From: Planctomycetota bacterium
Lineage (GTDB): Bacteria > Planctomycetota > B15-G4 > SIAN01
Length of the DNA stretch: 64,000 bases
Direction: 5' to 3'
Assembly (NCBI GenBank): GCA_031409275.1
Contig: JANNXA010000040.1
Location: 96,001-160,000, forward strand
The notes under the pieces are model-generated. The model worked only from the letters and a program-made list of their open reading frames with translations, had not been told where the DNA came from and made no database searches. This document shows positions 39,155 through 51,474 of this stretch, piece by piece (the stretch's first letter is position 1; every line of letters starts with the position of its first letter). Made by a program: the position numbers and the translations under genes.

Positions 39155-41926
39155 TCATGGTGGATCGACGACCTCGACCCATGCGATGAGTTCCGTCGAG
39201 TAACTGCCGCCCTCCACCACCAGCTGGCGATGGAGCAGCTCGCGCTCGAGCATCGGTTCGATCGCCGCGAGCAGTCGGTGGGCATCAGCTCGCGTGGCGG
39301 ACGGAGACGCAGGTGTTCCGGCATCGAGCACGCCCGATCCGAGGCGCTCGAGTGCGACGTGACGCACGCCGTCGCCCGTCACCGCAAGCGAGACGAGTGA
39401 CGTTCGCTGCTCCGCCCCTCGCCGTTCGGACTGCACACGCCAGACGGAGAGAACGCCCGGACCGACCGGATGCCGCAGCGCGACACCAACCTCGCCGGGT
39501 TCGAGCGTCCCCGCCTTGCGGATCGCATCGGCCACCAATGGGTGGTCGAGGCCCAGCAGTTCGAGCCCGTCCTCGTTCCTCGACCGTTCGCGATCGAGCG
39601 TGAATCGCCGCGACTTAGCACCGTCGCGTTCGACAACGACGCACTCGCCGCCTTCGCGAACCTCGAGTGCTCGGCCATCGAGTTCGAGCGACGCGCTCAG
39701 GAATCTCCTCATCCGCTCCAACCCCGGCTTCACGTCCGCGAACGGCTGATAGTCATCGAGCGAGAAGCCGTCCAAGTCCTGGAACAGTTCGAATACGACC
39801 TTGCGCGCGACCCGGGCGTTGTCGAGCGCCGCCGCCAGCTCCTCCTCCGTCCGTCGCAGGTCGGGGTCGTCCAGCGCCTCGCGGTAGAGGCGGTCGTACG
39901 ACAGCCGCTCGGAAAGCTGTCCCAGCACCTGACTGCGCAAGTCCTCGGCGACGTTGCCGTGCTCGTCGACCTTGCCGAGCGTCTTCGCGATCTCGCCCAG
40001 CTTCTCGTCGAGCAGCAGGTAGATGCGCCCCTCGATCGTGTCGGAGAGGACGAGGTTGTAGACCTGCGCGGTGTGCTTCTGCCCATAGCGATGGATGCGC
40101 CCGATGCGCTGCTCCATGTCCATCGGGTTCCACGGCAAGTCGAAGTTGAAGAGGATCCTCGCGAACTGCAGGTTGATCCCCTCGCGCCCCGCTGCCGTGC
40201 AGACGAGCACTCGCGGACCGTCGGCCCGCTTGAAGCGCTTCTCCGCGGCCAGCTTGGAGCCGTGGTCGCCGCCGCGCAGGACGACGACGCCTTGGCCGGG
40301 AAACGTGCGAGTGATCTCCTGCTCCAGGAGTTCCACCGAGCCGAGGTAGGTCGCGAAGATCACGACGCGTTCCGACGGGTCCTGCCGCCACAGCTCGCCG
40401 AGGCCGCGCAACAGCTTCTCGACCTTTGTCTCGGGTTGAGTCGGGAACGCCTGCAGCAGATCGCGGATGCGCAGGCGCTCTTCGGGCAACGCGAGGTTCA
40501 CCGCCATGGCGGCCACCTCTTCGCCGCCCACTGCTGTCAGCTCACCGGCCGCGGTATCGGCCGCCTGTTCGAGTTCCTCGTCATCGAGCCGCTGGAGGAG
40601 CTTGAGCCTCAGCTCGGCGACGATCGCATCGACCTTGCCGGTGCCCACCTCATCGCGAGGGATCCCGTGCTCTTCGTGCACGAGATCGCGGGCTTCGGCG
40701 TGGAGCTGCTGGCGCGCGTCAAGGTCGAGTTCACGGTCCCTCAGGATCGCCTCATGCAGCGTCAGCATCAGCAACCGGCGTCGCAGCGTCCGGCGGACCG
40801 CGGCGAAGCTCGATGCCGCGATCTTCTGGAAGATCGTCATCACGAAGCCGAGCGCGCGCCCCTCGTTGCCGCGCCGATTCGCCAGCGCGAAGCCCTCCTT
40901 CAGGTAATCGTTCAGCGCCACGTAGAACGCGCGTTCGTCGGAGTCCATCGTGAACGACTCGGTACGCACCTGCCGACGCGCGAAGAGCGGCGCCCCATCC
41001 GGACGACACGCGTCCGCCTTCGTTCGCCGGAAGACCACGGAATTGAGTCGGTGGCGATTCTCGACCATGTCCTCCGCGCTGAGGAAGAGCGTCGGATCGA
41101 GCAGCTGCACCAGCATCCAGAAGCGGAAGTGGTCGCCCTGGTGCGGCGTCGCCGACAGCAGCAGCAGGTCGCGCGAGTGCTCCTTCAAGGCCTCGGCGAG
41201 CTTGTAGTTCTCGGTCTTGCGCGTCCGCTTGCCGCTCTGGAACGCAGAGAGGTGGTGCGCTTCGTCGAAGACCACCAGGTCCCAGCGCGGCGCGTCGAGC
41301 AGCCGCTTGATCCGCGCCGGCCTCTTCAGCGTGTCGATGCTGGCGATCAGACGGTCGTGCTTGGCGAAGGCGTTCGACTTGCGGTCGGTCACGTCCCCTT
41401 CGCTGCCGAAGACCTCGAATCCGAGCCGGAAGACCTCGTTCATCTCGCGGTGCCAGTTGTTCACCAGACCGGCCGGCACCACCATCAACGCGCGGTCGAG
41501 CTCCCCGCGGCTGGCCAGCTCGCGCAGCACCAACGCCGTCTCGATGGTTTTGCCGAGCCCTACTTCGTCGGCGACCAGGAAGCGTCGCGGGGAGGCCGTC
41601 GCGATGCGATGGGTCAGGACGACCTGATGCGGCAGCAGGTCGATCGGAGCAGCGGTCAGGGCGGCAGCACTCTCGATCAGCGGCAGCGCATGGGCCTCGT
41701 GGACCAGCCACGCCGTGCGGCGACGCGCCTCGCTCGACGCGACCCCGGCGACCACTCGGTCGGCGCGCGATTGGAACGGCTGCACCTCGGCCAGCGCGAC
41801 CTGTCGTTCACCGACGGAGAAGAAGACGCGCAGGTAGTCGTTGCGCGCAGGAGCAAGGACGACCCCCTCGCCGAGTTCGGCGTGGCGAATCCGGGCGCCG
41901 GGCACGAAATCGGGCGAGCGCTCCAT
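39155..41926 (-). CDS. SNF2/RapA-like SF2 helicase
   Basis: LLPHQ, LVADEVGLGKT, DEAHH, SATPHQG, AGREGINLQ, LPWNPMDMEQRIGRIHRYGQ. Start ATG 41926. Confidence 0.92.
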   Translation of the reverse strand: MERSPDFVPGARIRHAELGEGVVLAPARNDYLRVFFSVGERQVALAEVQPFQSRADRVVAGVASSEARRRTAWLVHEAHALPLIESAAALTAAPIDLLPHQVVLTHRIATASPRRFLVADEVGLGKTIETALVLRELASRGELDRALMVVPAGLVNNWHREMNEVFRLGFEVFGSEGDVTDRKSNAFAKHDRLIASIDTLKRPARIKRLLDAPRWDLVVFDEAHHLSAFQSGKRTRKTENYKLAEALKEHSRDLLLLSATPHQGDHFRFWMLVQLLDPTLFLSAEDMVENRHRLNSVVFRRTKADACRPDGAPLFARRQVRTESFTMDSDERAFYVALNDYLKEGFALANRRGNEGRALGFVMTIFQKIAASSFAAVRRTLRRRLLMLTLHEAILRDRELDLDARQQLHAEARDLVHEEHGIPRDEVGTGKVDAIVAELRLKLLQRLDDEELEQAADTAAGELTAVGGEEVAAMAVNLALPEERLRIRDLLQAFPTQPETKVEKLLRGLGELWRQDPSERVVIFATYLGSVELLEQEITRTFPGQGVVVLRGGDHGSKLAAEKRFKRADGPRVLVCTAAGREGINLQFARILFNFDLPWNPMDMEQRIGRIHRYGQKHTAQVYNLVLSDTIEGRIYLLLDEKLGEIAKTLGKVDEHGNVAEDLRSQVLGQLSERLSYDRLYREALDDPDLRRTEEELAAALDNARVARKVVFELFQDLDGFSLDDYQPFADVKPGLERMRRFLSASLELDGRALEVREGGECVVVERDGAKSRRFTLDRERSRNEDGLELLGLDHPLVADAIRKAGTLEPGEVGVALRHPVGPGVLSVWRVQSERRGAEQRTSLVSLAVTGDGVRHVALERLGSGVLDAGTPASPSATRADAHRLLAAIEPMLERELLHRQLVVEGGSYSTELIAWVEVVDPP

Positions 41927-41933
41927 CGACCGC

Positions 41934-42451
41934 CTACGAGATTCGTTGCAGGTGGAGGCCGACGTACGCGTCACCGTCGAGGTCGGGGCTCTTCTCCGTC
42001 GAGTCGAGGATGCGCGCCACGTCGGCCTCGGCGCCGCCGAAGAGGCAGCGACCGAGCGGCAGCAGTTCGGCGGACCGATCGACCGAGGAGCGCCAGCGGT
42101 ACGACTCGTCGGTCGAATCCATGGTGATGCGCTTGCGTCCGGAAGGCAGCCAGAAGAGGAGCGCCGCTTGGCCCGCGTAGTGGTCCTGGAACTCGAGGAT
42201 CGAGCTCCTCAGGTCCTCCTCGAGCCATCGCTCCGCGTCTGCCGCCGCCAGCGCATCGAGGCAGCCTTCGAGACCCGCGACGACCAGTGCGTCACCCGAC
42301 GTCGCCGGGAGAGTCGACGGCCACTTCGACTGCAGCCGGAAGTACTGATGCATCGACACCACCGCCGGCAGCTCGACGACGCGAGCAAGCGCTTGCGGGC
42401 TCCAGAGCAGCGACACCCCCTGCCGTTGCCAGCTCGAATGGCGAATCGTGT

Positions 42452-42455
<4 letters not shown>
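41934..42455 (-). CDS. Hypothetical protein within the defence operon
   Basis: GTG start overlaps the methyltransferase stop; ends 7 bp before the helicase ATG; globular-looking alpha/beta sequence (LVVAGLEGCLDAL). Confidence 0.75.
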
Positions 42456-45685
<3,230 letters not shown>

Positions 45686-45688
45686 GCG

Positions 45689-46720
45689 TCAGCTCCCGCC
45701 CGGCCGCGACAGCTCGAGGAACGGCACTGCGACCTCCAGCAGCGACAGCCCGCCATGGGTCAGCGTCGGGTAGCCGCCCGGGCTCTTCCACTTGCGCCGA
45801 CCCAGCACGAAGCGCCGATCGCCGTGCGCGGTCTGCAGCTGCACGTCGAGCGGTGGAACCCAGCCAGGCTCGCCGCCGGAGGCACTTCCGGAGGTGCTCT
45901 CCGTGGTCGCTGCCGAACGGCCGCTCTTGAATCGTTCCTTCAGGTACTGCGCTTGGGCCGGATCGCTGACGTCGGGGAATCCGGCGCTCTCCGCGTAGCC
46001 GTGGTCGGCGGTGATGACGAGGCGCCTGCCGGTGGTGAGCTGTCGCACCAGATGCCAGAAGGGGTCGCCGAGAAGATGGCGACTGGCCTCGTCCGCCAGT
46101 GACTTGAGCACAGGTCCGGGCCCAGCGAGGTCGTGTACCCGATCGTCGGGCCAACCATGCCAGAGGATCCAGTCCGGAGTTGCGTCGATCATCCGCGCGC
46201 ACTCCTCCCAAGGTGCGGACGTCGATTCCGTCTTCGCGCCGCGCAGGCGTCCGGTGACGCCGCTGCCGCCGCTCTCCAACGCGCTCCGACCGGAAAGACC
46301 GAGCGCCTTGGCGAAGGGCGTCGTTTCCGCGGGCAATTCGGCGGCGGTCGGCCGCGCTTGGTGGACCACGTAGCCGCGAGCCCCTGCGCCTTGCAGCAGC
46401 CACGGCAGCTCGCGCAACGAGAGCGCATCGAGGATCAGGATCGCCCGCGCCGAACGGCGTTGCTCCCACCACTCGATCAGCGCCGGCGCAGTTCGCGGCG
46501 CGGCACGCTCGTACTCGACCCAGAGGTCCCATGCCGCCGTAGCGAGGAAGAGGTCGACCGGTGCGAGCGCAGCGTCGCGTTGCGAAGCAGCTTTCGCGGC
46601 GTCGTTCGCCGACAACGGCGCCGCGAAGCGCTGCCACGCGTCGTCGAGCAGCGCCGCCCAAGCCTCCTTCGGCGAAGCGGATTGGAGCGCGCGCAGAAGC
46701 GGCAGCGGCAGCGAGGTCAC
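45689..46720 (-). CDS. Minimal PglZ-like (alkaline phosphatase superfamily) protein
   Basis: Metal-binding motifs LILDALS, PAETTP, ITADHGY and THGGLSLLEVAVP in PglZ order; only 343 aa. Confidence 0.8.
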   Translation of the reverse strand: MTSLPLPLLRALQSASPKEAWAALLDDAWQRFAAPLSANDAAKAASQRDAALAPVDLFLATAAWDLWVEYERAAPRTAPALIEWWEQRRSARAILILDALSLRELPWLLQGAGARGYVVHQARPTAAELPAETTPFAKALGLSGRSALESGGSGVTGRLRGAKTESTSAPWEECARMIDATPDWILWHGWPDDRVHDLAGPGPVLKSLADEASRHLLGDPFWHLVRQLTTGRRLVITADHGYAESAGFPDVSDPAQAQYLKERFKSGRSAATTESTSGSASGGEPGWVPPLDVQLQTAHGDRRFVLGRRKWKSPGGYPTLTHGGLSLLEVAVPFLELSRPGGS

Positions 46721-49452
46721 GACTCTTCCTTGTTGAGCGTGAGTTCGTAGGTGACGCCGTCGGGGAGCTTCTTCAGCAGATCGTTCAACTGCGCGCCGGT
46801 CATCACGCCGACCCGGATCTGGACATCCTGCACGCGCGTCCCCGTCCGGATCCCCCAGCTCTCGACCTTGCCCATCAGGTTGAGCGCCGAAGTCGCGGTC
46901 ACCGAGCTCAGCGGACGAAGCGGTCGCGGGCCTTGGAAGAGATCGCCGCTGTTGCCGGTGGCGGGTCCGGTGGGTGCCGGTGCGATCGCCCGGTCGATCA
47001 GGCGCTGCTCGTCGCTCGGAATCACGTAGCCCACGGGACGCGGCGAGTCGGGAGATGCCGTCGGGTTTGCATTCGGGGCTGCATTCGTGCCGACCATCCC
47101 CTCCGCGCGCGGGCTCGCCTGCGGCAGGCGCATGGGCGACTCGTCCAGATGACGGCCGCTGCCAAGCTTCCCGCGGATCCGTCGGTAGGTCGCGTCGGCT
47201 TCCTCGCCGGGATCGGCCTGCAGCAGCTCCATCCCGCGGAGGTCGACGGCGACTTCACCCCGCGCGCAGCACCAGAGGAGCTTCTCCTTCATCGCGGCTT
47301 CGCCGAGCCACGCAATCGACCGCGCACCACCGGGTCGTGGCTCCTGCAGTTCGCGCAGGAAGCCGCCGACCGACTTGCTCTCCTTCGCGGCCTGACGCAC
47401 CAACTCGGAGAAGTCCTCGGCCACGAAGAGATCGCGGGCGACCAGCTTGTGCACCTCTTCGGGAATCGCCGAGCCCTCGACCCGATGCGATTCGACGCGG
47501 AAGGTCGAGCGCTCTGGCTCCTGGAACGACCAGCTCTCCACGATCGCGAAACGGTCGAAGCGCTTGGCCAGGACATCGCGCAGCTGCCGCTCGTGCTTCT
47601 GCTGGAGCTTTCGGTACTCCGGGCTCTGCGCCTTCCAGGCGTCCGCCAGGTGGATGGCCCGCGCCAGGAACTTCAGCGGCGGCTCGTAGAAGAGGTTCGG
47701 GCTGCCGTCGCGTGGCACGAGGAAGCGCACCGCGTTGCGCCGCGAGCCGAGCCGGTTCCGCAGCCACTTGCCGAGGGTTGCTTGCAAGTCGCCGGACGGA
47801 GCCTCGGGCAACACCAGCAACGGGATGCGCTCGTCCCAATGGTCGGGCAGGTCGCGCTCGTCGAGGCCGCGGAACGGGTCGTTCTCCCAATCGGCGGCGA
47901 GGACGACGACCCGGAATAGCGGGATCGCCTCGTCGGAGCCGCCGATCACGTAGCGCACCTCGCGGGCGAGACGCTTCAGGTCCTCACCGCCCTCGAACAG
48001 CCGCTGGTTGCGCGCGTTGGCGAACAGCTTCGCCTGCGGATTCTCTTCCTCGCGAAAGACGAGGCGTTCGCCCTCCTCGTGGATGTTGAAGCTGTTCTCG
48101 ATGATCCGCTGCAGCTCGACCCCGAAGCCGTTGACATCGAGCGGCTTGCCGCGCGTGAGGTCGACTTGCAGCTCGGCGCGCGTTGCGCCGGCGTTGCGCA
48201 GAGCCAGCGAGCGCAGCCAGAGTGACGCGACGATCTCCTCGAGGTGGGGCACGTCCTCCTTGGGAACCGTGACGGCGTCGCGCACGGCGCTCAGGTTCCG
48301 CTGCGCCTTCTCGCGCAGCGTCTGGTACTGGAGGTTCGACACCGAGTCGAGCAGGGCGGCGACCCCGCTCTTCGTGTCGTCAAGCAGGAAGTCGGCCGGC
48401 GTGATCAGCGGCGATACCTCGCCGCGCGACTTGTAGACCGCAGCCAGCACCTTGATCAGGTCGCGCGTCTCCTGCGCCTGAGTCGCCTTCAGGACCTCGT
48501 CCTCGAGCAGCGTCATCAACGTCGGCGAGAAAGGCCACGCCTCGACGAACTCGCGGCGCACGCGCTCCTGATCGGCGGGCGCGATCCCGGCAATTCGCAG
48601 GTGGGTGTCGACGTGCGCCGTGATGAGGGTCTCGATCGATGGCGCCGCCACTTGCAACCGGTTCGTGAAGAGCCGGTGCAGCAGTAGCCGAAGACGGTCG
48701 ACGCGCTTGCGCGGGCCCTTGAAGTCGATCAGCTGCGGGTTCATCCGAGCGATCTGCTGGAAGGCGTCCGACTCGCCATTGCGTACCGAGACGACCAGCA
48801 CCAGCAGGTCGGGGTGCTCGCGCGCGATGTCGGTGAGGATCTGGACGAAGTTGAAGGCCCAGGCGCGTGCCGGGATCTGCTTGCTGTTCGAGAGCCCGTC
48901 GAACCAAGTTTGGTACTCGTCGAGGATCAGTGCCGTCGGCTGCTTGCGGAAGAGTTCGAGGAGCAGGTCCGAACCCGGCATGTCGGTCTTGCGCGCGCCC
49001 TGCGAGTCCCACATCCCGCGTACGTATTCGCCGTGCGGGTGCCTCTCGAAGAGCAGGTCCCAGAGGAACTTGAAGCTCTGGCGGTGGAGACTCTCACTGA
49101 TGACGTGCATGCCGGAGCGCAAACGCAGCGACGCCGGTCGGGGGTCAGCAAGGCGCTCGGACCACTCTGCCAGCCAGCGGCGCGTCTCCTCCGGGCTGGT
49201 CAACGCATGGTGCAGCGCCGCCAGTAGGTGCGACTTGCCGAGCCCGCGCTCACCGATCAGGACGACTGGCTTCCCCGTTCCGGGGCCGGTCGCCTCGATC
49301 GCCTGCAATACGTCAAACGTCGGATAGGTGATCGCAAGGTGCGCGGACGCAGCGATCTGGATCGCACCCGTCCTCTCGCGGTTCGAGAACTCGATCGCCG
49401 TGCCTTCGAGGCGACGGCTCTTGAACTCTTCGCGGAGCATCAGGCCGAGCAT
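46717..49452 (-). CDS. Large P-loop ATPase (DUF499/BrxC-like)
   Basis: ITYPTFD, Walker A GERGLGKSH, Walker B LILDE, WPFSP..., QETRDLIKVLA; first gene of the coupled operon. Confidence 0.8.
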   Translation of the reverse strand: MLGLMLREEFKSRRLEGTAIEFSNRERTGAIQIAASAHLAITYPTFDVLQAIEATGPGTGKPVVLIGERGLGKSHLLAALHHALTSPEETRRWLAEWSERLADPRPASLRLRSGMHVISESLHRQSFKFLWDLLFERHPHGEYVRGMWDSQGARKTDMPGSDLLLELFRKQPTALILDEYQTWFDGLSNSKQIPARAWAFNFVQILTDIAREHPDLLVLVVSVRNGESDAFQQIARMNPQLIDFKGPRKRVDRLRLLLHRLFTNRLQVAAPSIETLITAHVDTHLRIAGIAPADQERVRREFVEAWPFSPTLMTLLEDEVLKATQAQETRDLIKVLAAVYKSRGEVSPLITPADFLLDDTKSGVAALLDSVSNLQYQTLREKAQRNLSAVRDAVTVPKEDVPHLEEIVASLWLRSLALRNAGATRAELQVDLTRGKPLDVNGFGVELQRIIENSFNIHEEGERLVFREEENPQAKLFANARNQRLFEGGEDLKRLAREVRYVIGGSDEAIPLFRVVVLAADWENDPFRGLDERDLPDHWDERIPLLVLPEAPSGDLQATLGKWLRNRLGSRRNAVRFLVPRDGSPNLFYEPPLKFLARAIHLADAWKAQSPEYRKLQQKHERQLRDVLAKRFDRFAIVESWSFQEPERSTFRVESHRVEGSAIPEEVHKLVARDLFVAEDFSELVRQAAKESKSVGGFLRELQEPRPGGARSIAWLGEAAMKEKLLWCCARGEVAVDLRGMELLQADPGEEADATYRRIRGKLGSGRHLDESPMRLPQASPRAEGMVGTNAAPNANPTASPDSPRPVGYVIPSDEQRLIDRAIAPAPTGPATGNSGDLFQGPRPLRPLSSVTATSALNLMGKVESWGIRTGTRVQDVQIRVGVMTGAQLNDLLKKLPDGVTYELTLNKEES

Positions 49453-49715
49453 TCGTCAGGCTCCGTAGGTCGTGAATCGGCGGCAGGTTAGCGCGAAGCG
49501 TCCGCAGCGTCGCCGGTCTCGATCCCCTCCGGCAATGCGAAACCGTGGACTGGCGAGCGCTAGGCCGAGAAGCACCCGCTGGCGAGAGTGCGGTCACGAG
49601 CGCATCCTCCAAAGCGAGTTCGAAGCCGGTCGGTCCAGATGGTCGACTCACTGACCGTTCGATGCGGTTTTCCCTTAGCCACGCCCCCGCCACCTCCTCC
49701 CTACCACCCCCCTTC

Positions 49716-50972
49716 ATGGCCCTCGCCTCCCCCATCGCGTGGACCGACACGACTTGGAACCCGGTCACCGGGTGCGACAAGGTGAGCCCGGGCTGCACGC
49801 ACTGCTACGCCGAGCGGATGGCGACGCGGCTCGCGGCGATGGGGCAGGCCAACTACGCGCGCGGGTTCGAGCTGACGCTGCAACCGGCGATGCTGGAGCT
49901 GCCGCTCCGGTGGCGCAAGTCGCGGCGGATCTTCGTCAACTCGATGAGCGACCTGTTCCACGACGAGGTTCCGCTCGACTACGTGCGACGGGTCTTCGAC
50001 GTGATGCAGCGCGCGAGCTGGCATGAGTTCCAGGTGCTCACCAAGCGAGCGGAGCGGCTGGCGCAGGTCGCTTCGCTGCTGCCCTGGCCGCGCAACATCT
50101 GGATGGGCGTCAGCGTCGAGAGCGAGAAGTTCGTCGCGCGCATCGAGGCGCTGCGGACGGTCCCGGCGGCAGTGCGCTTCCTTTCGCTCGAGCCGCTGCT
50201 CGGGCCGCTGCCGGCGCTCGATTGGCGCGGGATCGACTGGGCGATCGTCGGTGGCGAGTCGGGGCCGGGCGCGCGGCCGCTCGACCCGGCGTGGGTGCGC
50301 GACCTGCGCGAGCAGTGCGCCGCCGCGCGCGTCCCGTTCTTCTTCAAGCAATGGGGTGGTGTGCGGAAGAAGGCGACCGGCCGCGTGCTGGATGGCCGGA
50401 CGTGGGACGAGTTGCCGACGCCCCAAGTCGATCGGAGTCCACGCGACGGCTGCATGCCGGCAGGCGTTGAATCGCGGCTTCCGCCTTTGCACTCTCACGT
50501 TCCACCGTCCCGGCCCCCTCGCTCCTCGAAGGACGCCGCCCCCATGCCCTCCTCCCCCATCCCCTCCTCCTTCGACGACTTCGAGCAGGAGCAGCGCTCC
50601 TTCGACCTGATCGATCAGCACCGCGCCGCGCTCGCCGCCGAGGCGGTGCGCATCGCGCGGGAGGCGCCGGACGCGGCCGTGGCCGGGCTCGCCGGGCTCA
50701 TCGTGACGGCGGAGGCGCCCGAGGCGGAGGCGCTGCTCGCCGCGATCGGGTTGCCGGAGGAGGCGGCGCGCAGCGGCTTCCTCGGCATCGTGCCGCGCGA
50801 GCTGGCGGCGGCGATCCTGCGCGACGTGGCGATGGAGGCGCTCGACGAGCTGGTGCGCCTCGAGGCGAAGGTGGCGGCGGGAGCGCGGCCGTTGGCGATC
50901 GTGCTGCTGGCGAAGGAGGGGCTGCGACTCGGGCTCGCGAGCTACGAAGCGGAACCGACGGCAGGTGGTTGA
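49716..50972 (+). CDS. DUF5131 (phage Gp37/Gp68-like, radical-SAM-like) protein reading through into a second hypothetical ORF
   Basis: [68 protein letters not shown] (about 50416). No stop until 50972. Confidence 0.85.
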   Translation: MALASPIAWTDTTWNPVTGCDKVSPGCTHCYAERMATRLAAMGQANYARGFELTLQPAMLELPLRWRKSRRIFVNSMSDLFHDEVPLDYVRRVFDVMQRASWHEFQVLTKRAERLAQVASLLPWPRNIWMGVSVESEKFVARIEALRTVPAAVRFLSLEPLLGPLPALDWRGIDWAIVGGESGPGARPLDPAWVRDLREQCAAARVPFFFKQWGGVRKKATGRVLDGRTWDELPTPQVDRSPRDGCMPAGVESRLPPLHSHVPPSRPPRSSKDAAPMPSSPIPSSFDDFEQEQRSFDLIDQHRAALAAEAVRIAREAPDAAVAGLAGLIVTAEAPEAEALLAAIGLPEEAARSGFLGIVPRELAAAILRDVAMEALDELVRLEAKVAAGARPLAIVLLAKEGLRLGLASYEAEPTAGG

Positions 50973-50991
50973 GCGCCGCGCGACCGCTCGC

Positions 50992-51447
50992 ATGGCCACC
51001 GTTCGCAAGGCATCGGCCCGCACCTCCGCTTCCACGCTGACGATTCCCGCCTACGACAGAGCGCAGCCGGCGCCGCTCGCGGCAATCTGCCGGAAGCTGC
51101 GCGCCGCCCTCACGCGCGGGCTGCCGGCGGCGAAGGCGATGGTGTGGCACGGCTCGCCGGTCTGGTTCGTCGGCGAGGTGCCGGTGGCCGGCTACTGCGT
51201 CGGCGCGAAGGGCGACGTGCAGCTCCTCTTCTGGAACGGCCAGGCGTTCGACGAGCCAAGCCTCGCGCCGCTCGGCAAGTTCCGCGCTGCCGAGGCGCGC
51301 TACCGCAGCGCGGCAGAGCTCGACGCGACGACGCTCGAGCGGTGGCTGACGAAGGCGGGCACTCAGTGGTGGGACCTCGACGAGCTGCGCGTGCGCCGCG
51401 AGACGGCGCAAGCGGCGAAGCGGAAGGCGGCAAAGCGCAAGCGGTGA
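50992..51447 (+). CDS. DUF1801 (YdhG-like) protein
   Basis: VWHGSPVWF..PVAGY, LLFWNGQAFDEP, WLTKA...WD. Confidence 0.75.
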   Translation: MATVRKASARTSASTLTIPAYDRAQPAPLAAICRKLRAALTRGLPAAKAMVWHGSPVWFVGEVPVAGYCVGAKGDVQLLFWNGQAFDEPSLAPLGKFRAAEARYRSAAELDATTLERWLTKAGTQWWDLDELRVRRETAQAAKRKAAKRKR

Positions 51448-51474
51448 GCGGCGCGCACGGTGGCGCGCGCCCCC

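Noticed and set aside
39470..42127. 885-aa plus-strand ORF
   Set aside because: Antisense shadow of the SNF2 helicase.
49681..49715. C-rich tract before DUF5131 (similar tract near 50505-50570)
   Set aside because: Low-complexity sequence with no exact repeat unit; no supportable function.
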